A stretch of DNA of 64,000 bases, taken from contig NMRA01000070.1 of assembly GCA_002633005.1 (NCBI GenBank), positions 215,575 to 279,574 on the forward strand, read 5' to 3'. The DNA comes from Phoronis australis (lineage: Eukaryota > Animalia > Phoronida). Shown piece after piece: positions 43,201 through 54,487 of this stretch; the first letter of the stretch is position 1, and each line of letters starts with the position of its first letter. The notes beneath the pieces are model-generated. The model ran no database searches, was not told where the DNA came from, and worked only from the letters and a program-made list of their open reading frames with translations. A program made the translations under genes and the position numbers.

Positions 43201-46200
43201 ATCTTTCAGGATCGGCGCCAATGATGCATTAGAAGGTGACACATTGGCTGAAATCATAAAAACAGTATTCTTTTAAAATAAATAAAAATAATAAATTTCA
43301 GCTTATACATGCTTTTAACCGAAGCGTGACTGGAACAATAAGTTAATTCACTGATACCCCATAGTTCAGGCAAGATAATGTTCACACCACAACAAGTCAC
43401 ACAATTTCAATCATTAAGTTACGCAATGTTCATGTCACTTCATTATAACATTAAGCAATAACATGCTTGACTTACCCCATGCCAACACGTAGAAGCATCG
43501 ATAATCGCTCGTTTTCCTATAAAATTTATGAATGGCGCCTTATCTCGTGAAATCGATTTGCATGATCACTAACAATGTGGATAAACTTATTACCAACTCT
43601 TGACCAGTATAGAAAGTACTGGTCACTTTGTAACCGAACAATAAAATCGATAGGGCATGCTCATGACAATCGCTCCATTTCCTTTTGTTCGATCCTTGTT
43701 TAATTATAAAACAATACGATTAAACAATGCATATATTAATGGAACAAAGAGGTGTCAGTTCTTGGCAAACCCAGAAACCATTCCTCATCTGAGGAAGAAA
43801 CAAATTGAAACCAATTTTGTAGCCTCAAGTACTCTAAATCAAGAGTTCACTTCCTTTTTGGCACGCTGCGCAGGTTTATAGCAGCAAAATAATCATCTAA
43901 CATCTCCATCAGGGGCGGATCCAGGAGTTTGAGTTAGGGAGCCATGGCAGAATTTTGTCCTTCAGACACTCTCAACCCCGAAGCGCCAAAGGGAATATGG
44001 GAGAATTTTAGGGGTTCATGGCACCCTTGGCACACCCTTAAATCCGCCACTGTCAATGATAGCAAGTAGCAGCATGACATGTTTCGGCACACCACAGGTT
44101 GTCATTAGTCTAGTCTACTGTTACTCCCCTGTAACTAACTGTCTGTGTATCTTTACTTCTTGTTGGGCCTAGCAAGGTGCCCACTGTTTTCTTCTTATGA
44201 TGATGGAGTTTTGATAAGCGGCGAAATATGTCAAGCCGATTTAAATCCGTCGTTGTTTTTAGTATCCAACATCTTCTGTAAGTTTTTTTATTTTCAATGA
44301 AAGGTCAGTATTTACAGCAAGAAAAAAACTTATTCACAACGGTATTTTTTTGCAAGAACTGCTACGTTACCCGTTAGTGTCTTGTGCCATGACACATATA
44401 ACGTTCTCTCCTTTCTGATCTTCCGTTGGTGTCCAGTAGAGAGCAATGTACGTGTGATTGCCACGCCCCAAGTCGTCATCTCGCACCGCCGTTCGTAGTA
44501 AACCAGTCGGAGCGGAAATGGAGAACGTGTCCACTCTGAGAAACAGATTAAAATGATACTAAACCCTGTTTCGATGATTTCAATCAACCCTCGTCCTGTT
44601 CCTGTTTTAACAGCCACCATTAAAAATGCATAATAGGCGTCTCACTCATTCGNTTACTCCCCTGTAACTAACTGTCTGTGTATCTTTACTTCTTGTTGGG
44701 CCTAGCAAGGTGCCCACTGTTTTTTTCTTATGATGATGATGGTGTTTTGATAAGCGGCGAAATATGTCAAGCCGATTTAAATCCGTCGTTGTTTTTATTA
44801 ATTATCCAACATCTTCTGTAAGTTTTTTTTATTTTCAATGAAAGGTCAGTATTTACAGCAAGAAAAAAACTTATTCATAACGGTATTTTTTGCGAGAACT
44901 GCTACGTTACCCGTTAGTGTCTTGTGCCATGACACATATAACGTTCTCTCCTTTCTGATCTTCCGTTGGTGTCCAGTAGAGAGCAATGTACGTGTGATTG
45001 CCACGCCCCAAGTCGTCATCTCGCACCGCCGTTCGTAGTAAACCAGTCGGAGCGGAAATGGAGAACGTGTCCACTCTGAGAAACAGATTAAAATGATACT
45101 AAACCCTGTTTCGATGATTTCAATCAACCCTCGTCCTGTTCCTGTTTTAACAGCCACCATTAAAAATGCATAATAGGCGTCTCACTCATTCGAGTGTTAT
45201 AAAAGCAGGATTCGACTAAAAACACTTTGGGGAGATTCGCGCAAGTTCGGCCTGGGGTCGGGTTCGGAAAATGACTGTACAAAAAGCGAGACGCAACGTC
45301 AGGTTGCTAGTGTCAAAGTTACGTGGAATCGATACGGCGATTTCGGCGAGTGTTTCATTTCTGGGTGCAGTGAAAGCGGTTTCGCAACCTCGTGCTCGAG
45401 CAACCCTGGTTAAACCGGCTACTCGGCTCAAGGTCGACCCCCCAACGCAGAAAGAAAGTAAAAGAAATCTAGGAAACCCGCCAATCCCATGCCCGTTCAC
45501 GACATAAGCTTGGTACAGACGCACCTAGATTTTAAAACGACAAACCACCCGCACTCGGAGCATATTGGTTTCCACATGGGCTACGAAGCTCGGTTTGCCT
45601 CATTTGTAAGCCCGAGTAAACCTAGGCTGCCACATTGACGACGTTTGCGGTTTGTGGTGCTGACCAAAGCCGACGCAAAAGTCAATTTCCTGAATATGTG
45701 AGAAAAAGAGGCGCCAACCGAAACACATTGGAAGAATAACCTACATAGAATGACATTTGGGAATGAAATTGCCGTGCAAGACCAATTGAACATTTCCATT
45801 CACAGATAGGACACAAGTTTTGCTGGGATAAACAACTGGGTGGGCTTGCATATCCCTCACCGGCGCCTGCTAGAAAAAGCTTTTACATTCATGATTAATT
45901 TAAAATCAGTCAGAATCAAGCATTCCGGCGGGCAAACTGAGTTTTGGGATTAATTACCTGAAAGTCCCTTGGTCAACAGCCGGAAAGTCGAGTATCACTG
46001 GCGCATGATTTTTGAGAAAAGAAAAGTAAAAGAAAAGCACATTTCCGTCGAGGAATTGGAGTATTTTTGAAGAAAAGGCTACTGTTGAAGTGCTGTTTGA
46101 GAAAAAATCGTTTTAATCATGTTTAATTGTAGCCAATTATGTCTATGACTATTTCTATTTTGGCCCATAAGCGGTGGTAATGTGCCGCGAAGATTATCTT

Positions 46201-49200
46201 AAGTTCTACTTTTTCCAACACGCTGTTCCTACACCGTCGTTGCTGAACTCAGTTACTCGACGTTTGCTCGGAAAATTATACATTTCGTCAACTAACCTAG
46301 TTCTATTTACTGAAGCGTCTGTGGTCAGCGGCCATCATAATTTGTGACATGACTGACACGATACATACAAGACACCCTACCCACAATGCTATAATTTTAC
46401 ATAATATAATTTTACATAAGAGGTTTAAAACATTTTTTTCTTTATATAAATTGCTCACCTGACAGTCGGATCCACTGGATTAGTGGCGTAGAGCTTCAGA
46501 ATAAGGTTACCGTTAGGAGCAACTTTGTATTTTTGTCCACCAGGTGGAGTTGGACTTGTAAAATTGGGCTTGGAGTCGCACGTGACTGCGTAAGACGGTG
46601 TGGTGATGAGAAACTGAAATTGTAAAGAATTTCCGCAAATAAATTTAACTGATACCTGGACTAATTTGGAACAAGTTTGGCGGTGGTGATTTGGGAAAGA
46701 CAGAAGACACTCCAGGTATTGTCTAATGAGTGGCTGTGCATCCGCCAACTGAAACACGGAGGGCGGGTAACAATAAACAATCTGTTACAGAAGTGCGCGA
46801 CTAAAAGGTTGCGGAAGAGGATCACCACGGGAGTGGCCCTATATACGATGATAACGTATCTATTCACCTTATTGTCATCGGATGGTCAATGGGGTTCTGA
46901 ATTACCTGGATAGGGACAGTACTAAGTTCATCCTTGGTTGTCTTGGAAACGCCACCCACGGTAATATTCTCCCTGGGATAGTCCGCAATTATGAGCGACG
47001 CCACGTACCAGCCATTAGCTTGAAAACCTTGCCCAGCAGCAGCAGTGAAATCAATCGTGCAGGTTTCCTGAAATGACGTACGTAAATAAAGGATTCCAAT
47101 AGCACTGCTGACTGAGAAGCCATTAACATCTCTCAATGCTGAAATACCACCGTTGAGAACACTCATTCGGTTTGTGAATAAGGAAGATTGTCTACCTTGT
47201 CCCTTGCTAGGTTCAGATTACGGAACATTATTACAAATACCTCTGTTCTCTGATTGTCTAAAACACAGTAAGATTGCGACACTGTGTGTAAAACCAAACG
47301 TACACGATGACTTCGGTTATGAGGTAATGCTGGGTATACTCAGTCCTGGGTGTAGCTATGCAATATCACTTTTCTCCATGATAGCAAGTAGCAGCATATA
47401 TTAATAAAAACAACAACGGTTTTAAAACGACTTGACATGTTTCGGTGTCATTTATTAACACCAACATCAGAAGAGAGAATATAGTGGCCACCTCGCTAGG
47501 CCCAACAACAAGTGCTGAAACACAGACACAGTCAGTTACAGGGAGAGACAATAAACTAGACCAACAATGACAACCTGTGGTGTGCCAGATGCCTATTGAG
47601 TTTGGGCTTGCACCAACTGATGTGTAAGGCCTCATGAATTTTAAGCTCCTTTGTTGTTTCTGCTTTACACATCAGTTGGTGCAAGCCCAATCTCAATAGG
47701 CAACTGGCACACCACAGGTTGTCATTGTTACTCTAGTTTATTGCCACTCCCTGTAACTGACTGCGTCTGTGTTTCACCACTTGTTGCTGTTCCAAGCTAG
47801 GTGGCCACTATATTCTCTCTTTTGATGGTGGTGTTTGAATAAATGACACCGAAACATGCCGGTCAAGTCGTTTTAAAACCGTACTTTTTTATTTATATCA
47901 CTTTTCATTTTAGCTGCCCTGATGTCAGGGGTAACTATTTATGAAAAGACCAATCACTGGCTACAGAAACCCCCACCCCCTGACCGTGTATACAAAGCAA
48001 ACAGACGATGACAGTTCACCAATGCATGCCAATCGAATAAAAACCAATAAAGCAGAGGAAAGAATGGACAGCGCACGCAAGGTGACTCGGGCAAGATTGC
48101 TTTCCCTCGATCCATATGCCTACATGATTTGACATTGCCATCGGGATCGTTCCATATTTGTTTGTTGTCGATCTCGTGTAGCTCTGCACCAGGATAAACG
48201 GCATGGCAATTGCATATTGATGAGCACAACAGATGGCGTGCTGAGCAAGATATATTTACACACAACAGACCTTATCAACAAGTTCATGATTTGAGTGATT
48301 ATTCAACCTTAAATGTTACTATATACCTCGTCCAACACTGCACCTGGCAACGCACTACAGGCACTGGCACACTCATCGCCGACGGCCCATCTACACTTGG
48401 CAATATCTCCATCCGGATCAACCAGGGGTATAACAAGTTTAGAAAGACACGAGAACTGATACCTAAAATTAGAATTTAGTACTAAGTTGTCATTTAACAT
48501 ACGTATCTCACAGTAATTCACACTAGTAGCAGATGTCGCTCATCATCACGTTACACGGAAACAAAACATGCTTTGGAAATTATTTGTAGTCTACACAGAC
48601 CACCAGACATAGCTTTCCACAATTTCCTTCGCAAGCCAGGTAGAATGAAGGGCTTTCCCTGAAATTCGGCAGAGATGATTTTCACAACTTAACTTTAGAC
48701 TAATTACTCTCCTTTTGCAGAGAAGTCAAACATTCTTTTGTCATTGTTGCACGTCTTGATAAATTAAATAATTGTCTTTCGAGCAAAAATAAGCGAAATT
48801 ATTCATTATGTATCATAATTCGTAACCAGAAACTATGTATTCAAGCCATTTATTAGCTTATTAAGCATCAATATTTGTAAAAGTTCACGTGACATTGTTT
48901 AAATTTTCCGATGTGTAAAATTTATTAAGTCATTTACTGTACCGTACCTGAATACCGGTTTGCTGACCGTAGTTGGGCTGCTATTGGGGTACCCTGTGTC
49001 ACTGCGCACGCGTAGATCTACTGTCGTCACGATGGCCCACGACCCAGCAGTGACGCTGCTCAGACTTCGCCAGTTATATCCCTTGAAGCTAAGTGTATTT
49101 GGATAAAGGCATTTCGTAAGTTGGATAAGGGATAACGCCCGTGTAAGAACTGTTGTCATAAAAGTCTATGGACGATGGCGATAAAATTTGCAATCTCTAT

Positions 49201-52200
49201 AAAGCGGTGTTCACACGCCGTCAGATGATAAGACCGTCTGAAAACATTCACCAGTGATCGCTCGTCAGACATATGATCAGCCTTCTATTCGACCATTCCA
49301 AAATCAGAAGGCACATTTGCTGTCTTTTCGTGAGAAAGGTACTGATGACGTCAGTTGTGATTAGGCTCTGCTTCGCCCACGGTGATCGCACATGATTGGC
49401 CGGAAAATTAGCATTTTCCCACTTAAACTAAAAAGGATATTTCACTAAATTGTTTCATTATGTTGGTAGAGTTGATGAATAGTAGTTTCTTTTTCAAAAC
49501 CAGTAGGAACATATTTACCCATGACAATTTCGACTCCTATCAGCAGCCACCTTTCGAATTTATTGGACGCTAGGTGGCGTGGTGATCAGACTGCTCCAAA
49601 TTTTGAGTAACCTCCATCGTCCCTGTTCATAAGTGATCTAATTTTCCTGACCCAGATTGACTCTCTTATCCATCTAGATCTTAGATTACTTAACAGATTC
49701 AACAGGAAGAGCACCATCCCAGTTAACTGCACGATTAAAACCAAGAGCATGATCACGCCTTTAGTTTTAATCAAGGGTTGGCAAGGATCAAAAAGCACCT
49801 CAAAATGGACCATATGGTACGGCATACAGTAATTATTTGTTGCGTAAATTAATTCTTTACGGCGCAAATCAAATATTTGCGGCGCAAATTAACTTTTAAC
49901 GGCAGCGTACATTAATTGTGGCGTAAAATAATTCTTTACGGCGTAAATCAATTATTTGGGGCGTAAATTAACTTTTAATTAGTTTGTTTGCACCGCAAAC
50001 AAAAATAAGTGAATACTAATGGAGAAAATATGTTCTTCACTGCAAACATTTTGACATACGAATGGTGACATTTAGTGGGTTACATATGTTATGTGTTCTT
50101 GTTTTCCCACTTCATAGAAATATACTGATAGGGTAACACACAATTATCCCATTAGACTTAAAATATCCAAATTATTCGAACAGGTATTCCTGTCGGCTTC
50201 AGTAGCGGCTAATTCTATTCACCGCGGCTATCGACCTTCAAAGTCAACTTATTAAACTCGACTTCAAGTTCCAAAATTTTCATCCACTTACGACAGTGGT
50301 GAAATAAGGTTTACAATAACGATATTGTATAATTGTTCTATTAGAATCAGGACAAATCTCATAAACATGCTTGTTTGGAATATGGTAATGAGATGTTCAT
50401 ATTTGGAATATGATAATGACTACGTGTTTATCGTTCAGTATTTTAACAAACATGAAAGCCTACTTCGGTATATCTATTTCACGACTTGCAGAAATCAATA
50501 GGGTTTCGTGACAAATGATCACGTCAGTTTGGTAGAGATCCGTGACTGATTTTTTTAACTATTCCGTGACTATAGCTTCGTTGATCGATCGGAGATCAAA
50601 ATATTGATTCAAACTCTCCCCTGATTGTGGAAAAAACCCATAGCCGAACGGTATCTCTGTGATTGACCAGATAATAGTTAGCCGCGATGAATGAACCTAT
50701 TGACATGCGCGGCGCACCATAGTGGGCAGGGCGAGCTATAGCCCCCACCTATTTCAGTGCGGCTTCCATGATTGAGTCTATCAGTGACGTCCATCCGGTT
50801 CATGGTTTATCGTGTGTATTTAGGAAGGCTCGACATATCGAAAATAAAGAAAAAAGGTCACACCCCAAAACATAAACTAAAACAATGATTTTCAAGGATG
50901 GCGTAACATTGGATTTTTAATAAAGTTCAGAATGAGTCCAATTTTTCTGAAATACAAGCAATTGTAACTATCAAAATGAAAATTATCAAGTGAAACAATA
51001 TATCAGCATTACAACAAGTAAAAACAATATATATTGCTACCCAAAGTAGCACACGGGAAAGTATTACGCATGTTTATGGCAAATGCTCTGACTGTACAGA
51101 CATTATCCACCTGTATGAGAATGGATCGTTACTTACCCAACCTTTATGTCGTGATCCGAGTCGAAAGTGTGCGTGAACGAATTCTCTCCTTGCTCGTAAT
51201 TCTCAGCGATATTAAATGACGTGATCCAATAGTCCTGAGTTGCCAAGTTTAACTCGGAAGTACAACCGGAATAGCATTTCCAGTTACCCAGGTTTCTGAC
51301 GCCGTAGGTATTTAGCTTGGTGTCGTCGCACGTGGCCCCACAGGGACCGCGACCTATGACCCAACCAGCCTTCCAAAAGAATGTGGCCTGCAGTTAAAAG
51401 TTTGATTTTCATAAATACATGCATATGTGACGCCATAAATACGTTGCAGTTTCAAAGTTTCGTATGACTTTGTTCAAATCCACTAATATTTGGTGGGGAG
51501 AGTAGTTCCATATGATGAACTGAATGAACTTATCATTCTATCCCACTGTTTACGGAGCCACTAAGTGTGACTGAGACTGACAACATTCTATCCTCACAGT
51601 TTACTGAGCCGGTAAGTATGACTAAGGTTGAGTACTTTCTATCCTCACAGTTTAGTGAGCGCCTATGTCTGACTGAGATTGACTACATTCTGTTCTCACT
51701 GTTTACTGAGCCGCTAAGTATGACTGAGATTGATTAATGCATTCTACCGCACTGCTTACTGAGCCGCTAAGTGGGATTGGAGTTGACTACATCCCTCCAT
51801 ATACTCAACCTAGTGGTTTCACACACTCACAGCTGTCAATTGTCTCCCAAAGCTTTAGTCACGCTTGCTGAAACAAACCTGCGTCCCGTCAAAGGGAGTT
51901 CATTACTTGTTTTGATTTGCATCAATCCCCCCTATAAAAGTTTTCACAACTTCTTCCTTCTTCAAATCAGAAGTAGTTTTAAAGAAATAACAGTTCGTCA
52001 TAAAATGACTTGCCGTGACAAGAAAGCTTTGTGACCTTCGTCTCGGGTATAATCCTATTCCAAAGCCCAATGTTAGAGTAATTTCAATGTATCTAAATTA
52101 AAAGTTATTTTTTACCTAAGGCGGGTTACATCAACTTTAAACCTCCCTAATGAGTTTTAAACTTAGTCCAACCTTTTGGGGATTCACGACTTTCACAAGG

Positions 52201-54487
52201 CTTTAGAGTATTTACCTGAGAAATTCAATTAACCTAGTGTTAATCGAGGTAAAACAGAGCTTAATGTCCACTTTATCGCAGGTAGTCACATTTCTAGTTT
52301 TGATGTTTGATAAACTCATGAGTATGCGCGGGGAGAGAGGGGAGGGGGCGAAGTGGGAAGAAAGGTCCACCTCAGAGAAACAAAAACTCTGAACAAAAGG
52401 AAAAAACGAGAAAAAAATTCACTAAAAAGGCAGAAACTACAAAAATTCGGCGAATACCTAATTCATAGCTCTGAACGTATTCCGTGAATCCTAGTAATAA
52501 GGTCCTCATTCTCAAAAATTCGAGCTTCCCATTTTTAGACTGGGTTCGCGCATATTGGACAATAAAAATGCGCCTGAAGCATACAATTTGGTAAACATAT
52601 ATCTTACTTAGAATAGCTCTTGAAGCTAATGGAGATTTTTAGCCAGTTGCCTTATTGTTTGCATTCCTGACCTTTGAACTTTATAAGGATTTCATAAAAA
52701 CTACGTGCCATATTTCGTACTGCAGCTGTTGAATAAAGACAAGCCTAGGATTTGCTACTGTCGATAGCACAAACTGTTTTATAGCTGAACCGAAAAGTGA
52801 TTAAACAGTGTTGGTCTGCAATAGGCTGGCCATCATTTCTCCTTTGTCCTAAGCTTTTCCACAGTGTGGACTTTATGTAAAAACAAACCTAGCAAGGTTT
52901 TATCCAGGTATCAGCAACAACTATGGCGTTTTATATATTTTGCAATAGCAATTCCAGGAACAGTCCTTTTATAGCATATCAAGCAAAACACTTCAACATC
53001 AACGACAACAACGACGACTACGAGCAACAACAACAACGACGAGAACAACTGAGTCAGCCAATAAAATATAGCCTAAGCCACAGCTAGTTGAGTCGTAGAT
53101 AATACTTTGTAACTAAAACTTCGAACTTTCATTAATCTCTTATTTTATACTGAACTATCCTCAGGCAACAAGGAATGACCTTATTGTCTCCACTTAATAG
53201 GCGCTATTCCATTGAACACCAAGTAGCATGACTATCTGGGTGTGACGTTATAACTATCTCTCTTAAGATTTGTATACAAAAAACAGCTGACTGTTTGATG
53301 GCGAGTTGGCGGTTACGTAAAACATGTCACCATCTACCACCCCTTGAATCCATGCTTTTAACCATTCTTGATTGGTTTTGAATTACTTGGAATTGAACTC
53401 TAAAAGGTTTTAATTTTTCCACACGTAGATTGAGGTCAGTGACAATTGACTGCCAATGTTTTAAAATTCTGCGAACACCGATTTAATTTTGAGGAAAAGA
53501 ATTCAAAGTTGCACATGGATTAAAGGTCATAATTTGTTTCGATGTGTAACTTACAAAAATTCGGTTTAATTTGAATTTGAACGCCTTATTCGTCAAACCC
53601 ATGTCCAGCAACTTGTACGAATAAGACAAGTTTCATTCAAATGCAATTTTAAAAAGATGCATGGCTGCCATTTTTGGTTGTTTCCGGAAGCTGCCAAAAT
53701 CCGCGTAAAATATTATAGAATAAGATAAAAAATGCGTGCATAATAAGACCCATGCGCCTCTATTCGAACCTGCGCCTATGTCCGGCCTATGCGTTTGGCA
53801 TTCTCATCTATTTGTCTAGTGGCAAGTAGTGAAGAGACTTGCGAATGATGTAGGGTACCATTATACGCCTAGATAAACTGGATGTACGTGTATTTAATTT
53901 GCAACTTAATTTTAAACACTTCTTGACATTTCCACTGGAAGGTTAATTTCTTTACAAACACGAAAGCATTGAAACCAGTTTTGCAACACTTTGTTACTGA
54001 CCAGCCCTGATACACCTATCAGTTTTACTCCCATAATATTAAACGTCCCAACTGAGTCTAACATAAAGTCTTATCTGGGAGATATAAATAGAGAATGCGC
54101 TGTCAAACCAAGTCGTGTAAAATGTCTCGCACCAGCAAGACCACGCGCTTTCACCGTGGACAATACGTATTCATTGGTATCCACAGCAAAGCATGCGCCT
54201 TTGCCTAAAAGCGACACTTAAACGCTTGCACTTACATGAGAAACAAGTTAGTTAGCAATTTTCTTTGAAAAAACTCATTATTTCATTATACAGGCACATG
54301 GGTCAAAATACTCGCATATAAGGAAAAGTTCATGTAAGAACGGATAAACTCGTACGAACAGACTGACCGTTTTGGCTTTTGTCTTTGAGGATTTCCACGA
54401 TATAGTTGCTCCGTTGAAATGTGCACTTTGCACGATGTCCGTAATGACTAAAAAACTCAGGAAAACTACATTTCCACACTTCGACAT
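31278..54487 (-). CDS. Type-I membrane protein: signal peptide, Sib/integrin-beta-like Cys ectodomain, >=8 EGF (fibropellin/Notch-like) repeats, TM helix, cytoplasmic tail
   Basis: Phase-consistent GT-AG exons on the minus strand: 54487-54368 ([31 protein letters not shown]), 51387-51137, 49088-48948 ([16 protein letters not shown]), 48462-48327 ([25 protein letters not shown]), 47067-46906, 46613-46459, 45075-44911 (duplicated at 44535-44371; [19 protein letters not shown]), 43516-43476. EGF exons: 42687-42571, 41234-41099, 40085-39972, 39624-39536 (cut by N), 39194-39081, 38738-38625, 38084-37974, 35345-35232. Then 34270-33885 (last EGF, stalk, [22 protein letters not shown]) and 31636-31278 (tail ending DFIANL*). 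The join to the last exon is less certain. Confidence 0.85.
35745..35860. repeat. ~37-40 bp minisatellite (host site of the Kolobok insertion; resumes at 37553-37585)
   Basis: Units of gctac(c/g)aatcacgtg(g)ttaagaaagacttcc repeat about 3 times and continue after the element. Confidence 0.7.
36195..36590 (+). CDS. KolX / P2X7 C-terminal-like Cys-rich protein, N-terminal fragment
   Basis: ATG at 36195; acidic N-terminus, YMFEP, then [27 protein letters not shown] matching the WCxCxxCxxMxxxxECxCC Zn-binding motif of the P2X7 ballast/KolX family. Truncated near 36495. Confidence 0.75.
   Translation: MAGVGDPYHSDSSVSDGDLVHSSGDEEFFHGHSVGGYMFEPEYNEAEYAQAQAAVERNEAATEDRRGDTSWCKCTVCVVMPTSMECLCCSEFDEAKPLLDMVKWTSGIPRTEEQLSHLPECPATHSHWMVT
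36281..37288 (-). CDS. THAP-domain Kolobok transposase N-terminal fragment (335-aa ORF, DDE core deleted)
   Basis: THAP C2CH signature CCLPEC..LHRFP..W..VCGKHF..AIPS, a Ser-rich linker, then [20 protein letters not shown]...[13 protein letters not shown] as seen upstream of the Kolobok catalytic region. After ~36490 the frame reads antisense into the KolX ORF. Confidence 0.8.
   Translation of the reverse strand: MPHCCCLPECTNYRLTRAFGVPLHRFPIDDTLRRTWLVRVKNAALPVHATYEAVENYRVCGKHFLPSGYERDLYAELMKVPAKQRLKKDAIPSVLIPGSAPSPPPRSAFLKREASRAVASTVTGASGGTSSTVTRASERTPERAIPGTSSDSPCAVFSSPEPLSSPAAILSSGSDYRPSSTPSEEDSSSSSEQIGEPNFDKFIVDLSKVLELFRRCQVCGEGVTRHDVSSLGAQVTIQWECVAGHSGKWDSCSSVRGMPEVHLTMSSSGLASSNSEQHKHSIEVGITTHTVHLHQDVSPRLSSVAASFLSTAACACAYSASLYSGSNMYPPTECP
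40287..40511. mobile_element. CATGCGCGCAC-type MITE (other copies 33548-33751 inverted, ~52323-52553, ~56811-57025)
   Basis: Shared core aaaaggtccgcctcagag..cactaaaaaggcag(a/g)aactaccaaaattcg; ends catgcgcgcac / gtacgcccatg; ccacgc direct repeat at 40281-40286 and 40512-40517. Confidence 0.7.
42930..43276. mobile_element. TTAA-flanked MITE (homologous to 1282-1626)
   Basis: Collinear similarity with 1282-1626; ends aaggatac / gtattctt. Confidence 0.6.
44055..44265 (+). mobile_element. Penelope terminal fragment of the same family (partly duplicated at 44654-44805)
   Basis: Shares the atgatagcaagtagcagcat leader, gcacaccacaggttgtcatt and the hammerhead-like end with 47375-47894. Confidence 0.7.
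44121..45192. repeat. ~535-bp tandem duplication (44121-44652 / 44654-45192) across the N at 44653, containing one 165-nt exon
   Basis: Near-identical copies separated by a single N; the exon sequences look identical. Confidence 0.85.
47375..47894. mobile_element. Palindromic (inverted-arm) Penelope insertion with 12-bp TSD
   Basis: Arms ~47400-47627 and ~47664-47894 are inverted copies. The minus arm encodes the endonuclease C-terminus [29 protein letters not shown] atatcacttttc at 47363-47374 and 47895-47906. Homologous to 27490-27750. Confidence 0.8.
47431..47473 (-). ncRNA. Minimal type-I hammerhead ribozyme motif (Penelope-associated; one core mismatch)
   Basis: Minus strand reads CTT CTGATGT TGGTGTT aataaa TGACACC GAAA CATGTC AAG: stem I CTT/AAG, stem II, palindromic stem III and a GUC triplet; A9 is replaced by U. 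Confidence 0.55.
49836..49978. repeat. Short tandem array of ~20-bp gcg(t/c)aaat subunits
   Basis: About 7 ggcgtaaat/ggcgcaaat motifs with an ~79-bp higher-order duplication. Confidence 0.7.
51536..51792. repeat. ~51-bp minisatellite x5
   Basis: Unit ttctatcctcacagtttactgagccgctaagtatgactgagattgactaca repeated at ~50-51 bp spacing. Confidence 0.85.

Noticed and set aside
44330-45160. Listed ORFs [11 protein letters not shown]... as proteins
   Set aside because: Wrong frame; the spliced exon reads [12 protein letters not shown]...WTPTEDQKG in another frame.
45957-46000. Possible extra small exon on the minus strand
   Set aside because: The flanking exons already join in phase with continuous motif similarity; no support for inclusion.
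51536-51792. 51-bp periodic repeat as CRISPR-like
   Set aside because: Whole units are homologous (no spacers); ordinary intronic minisatellite.
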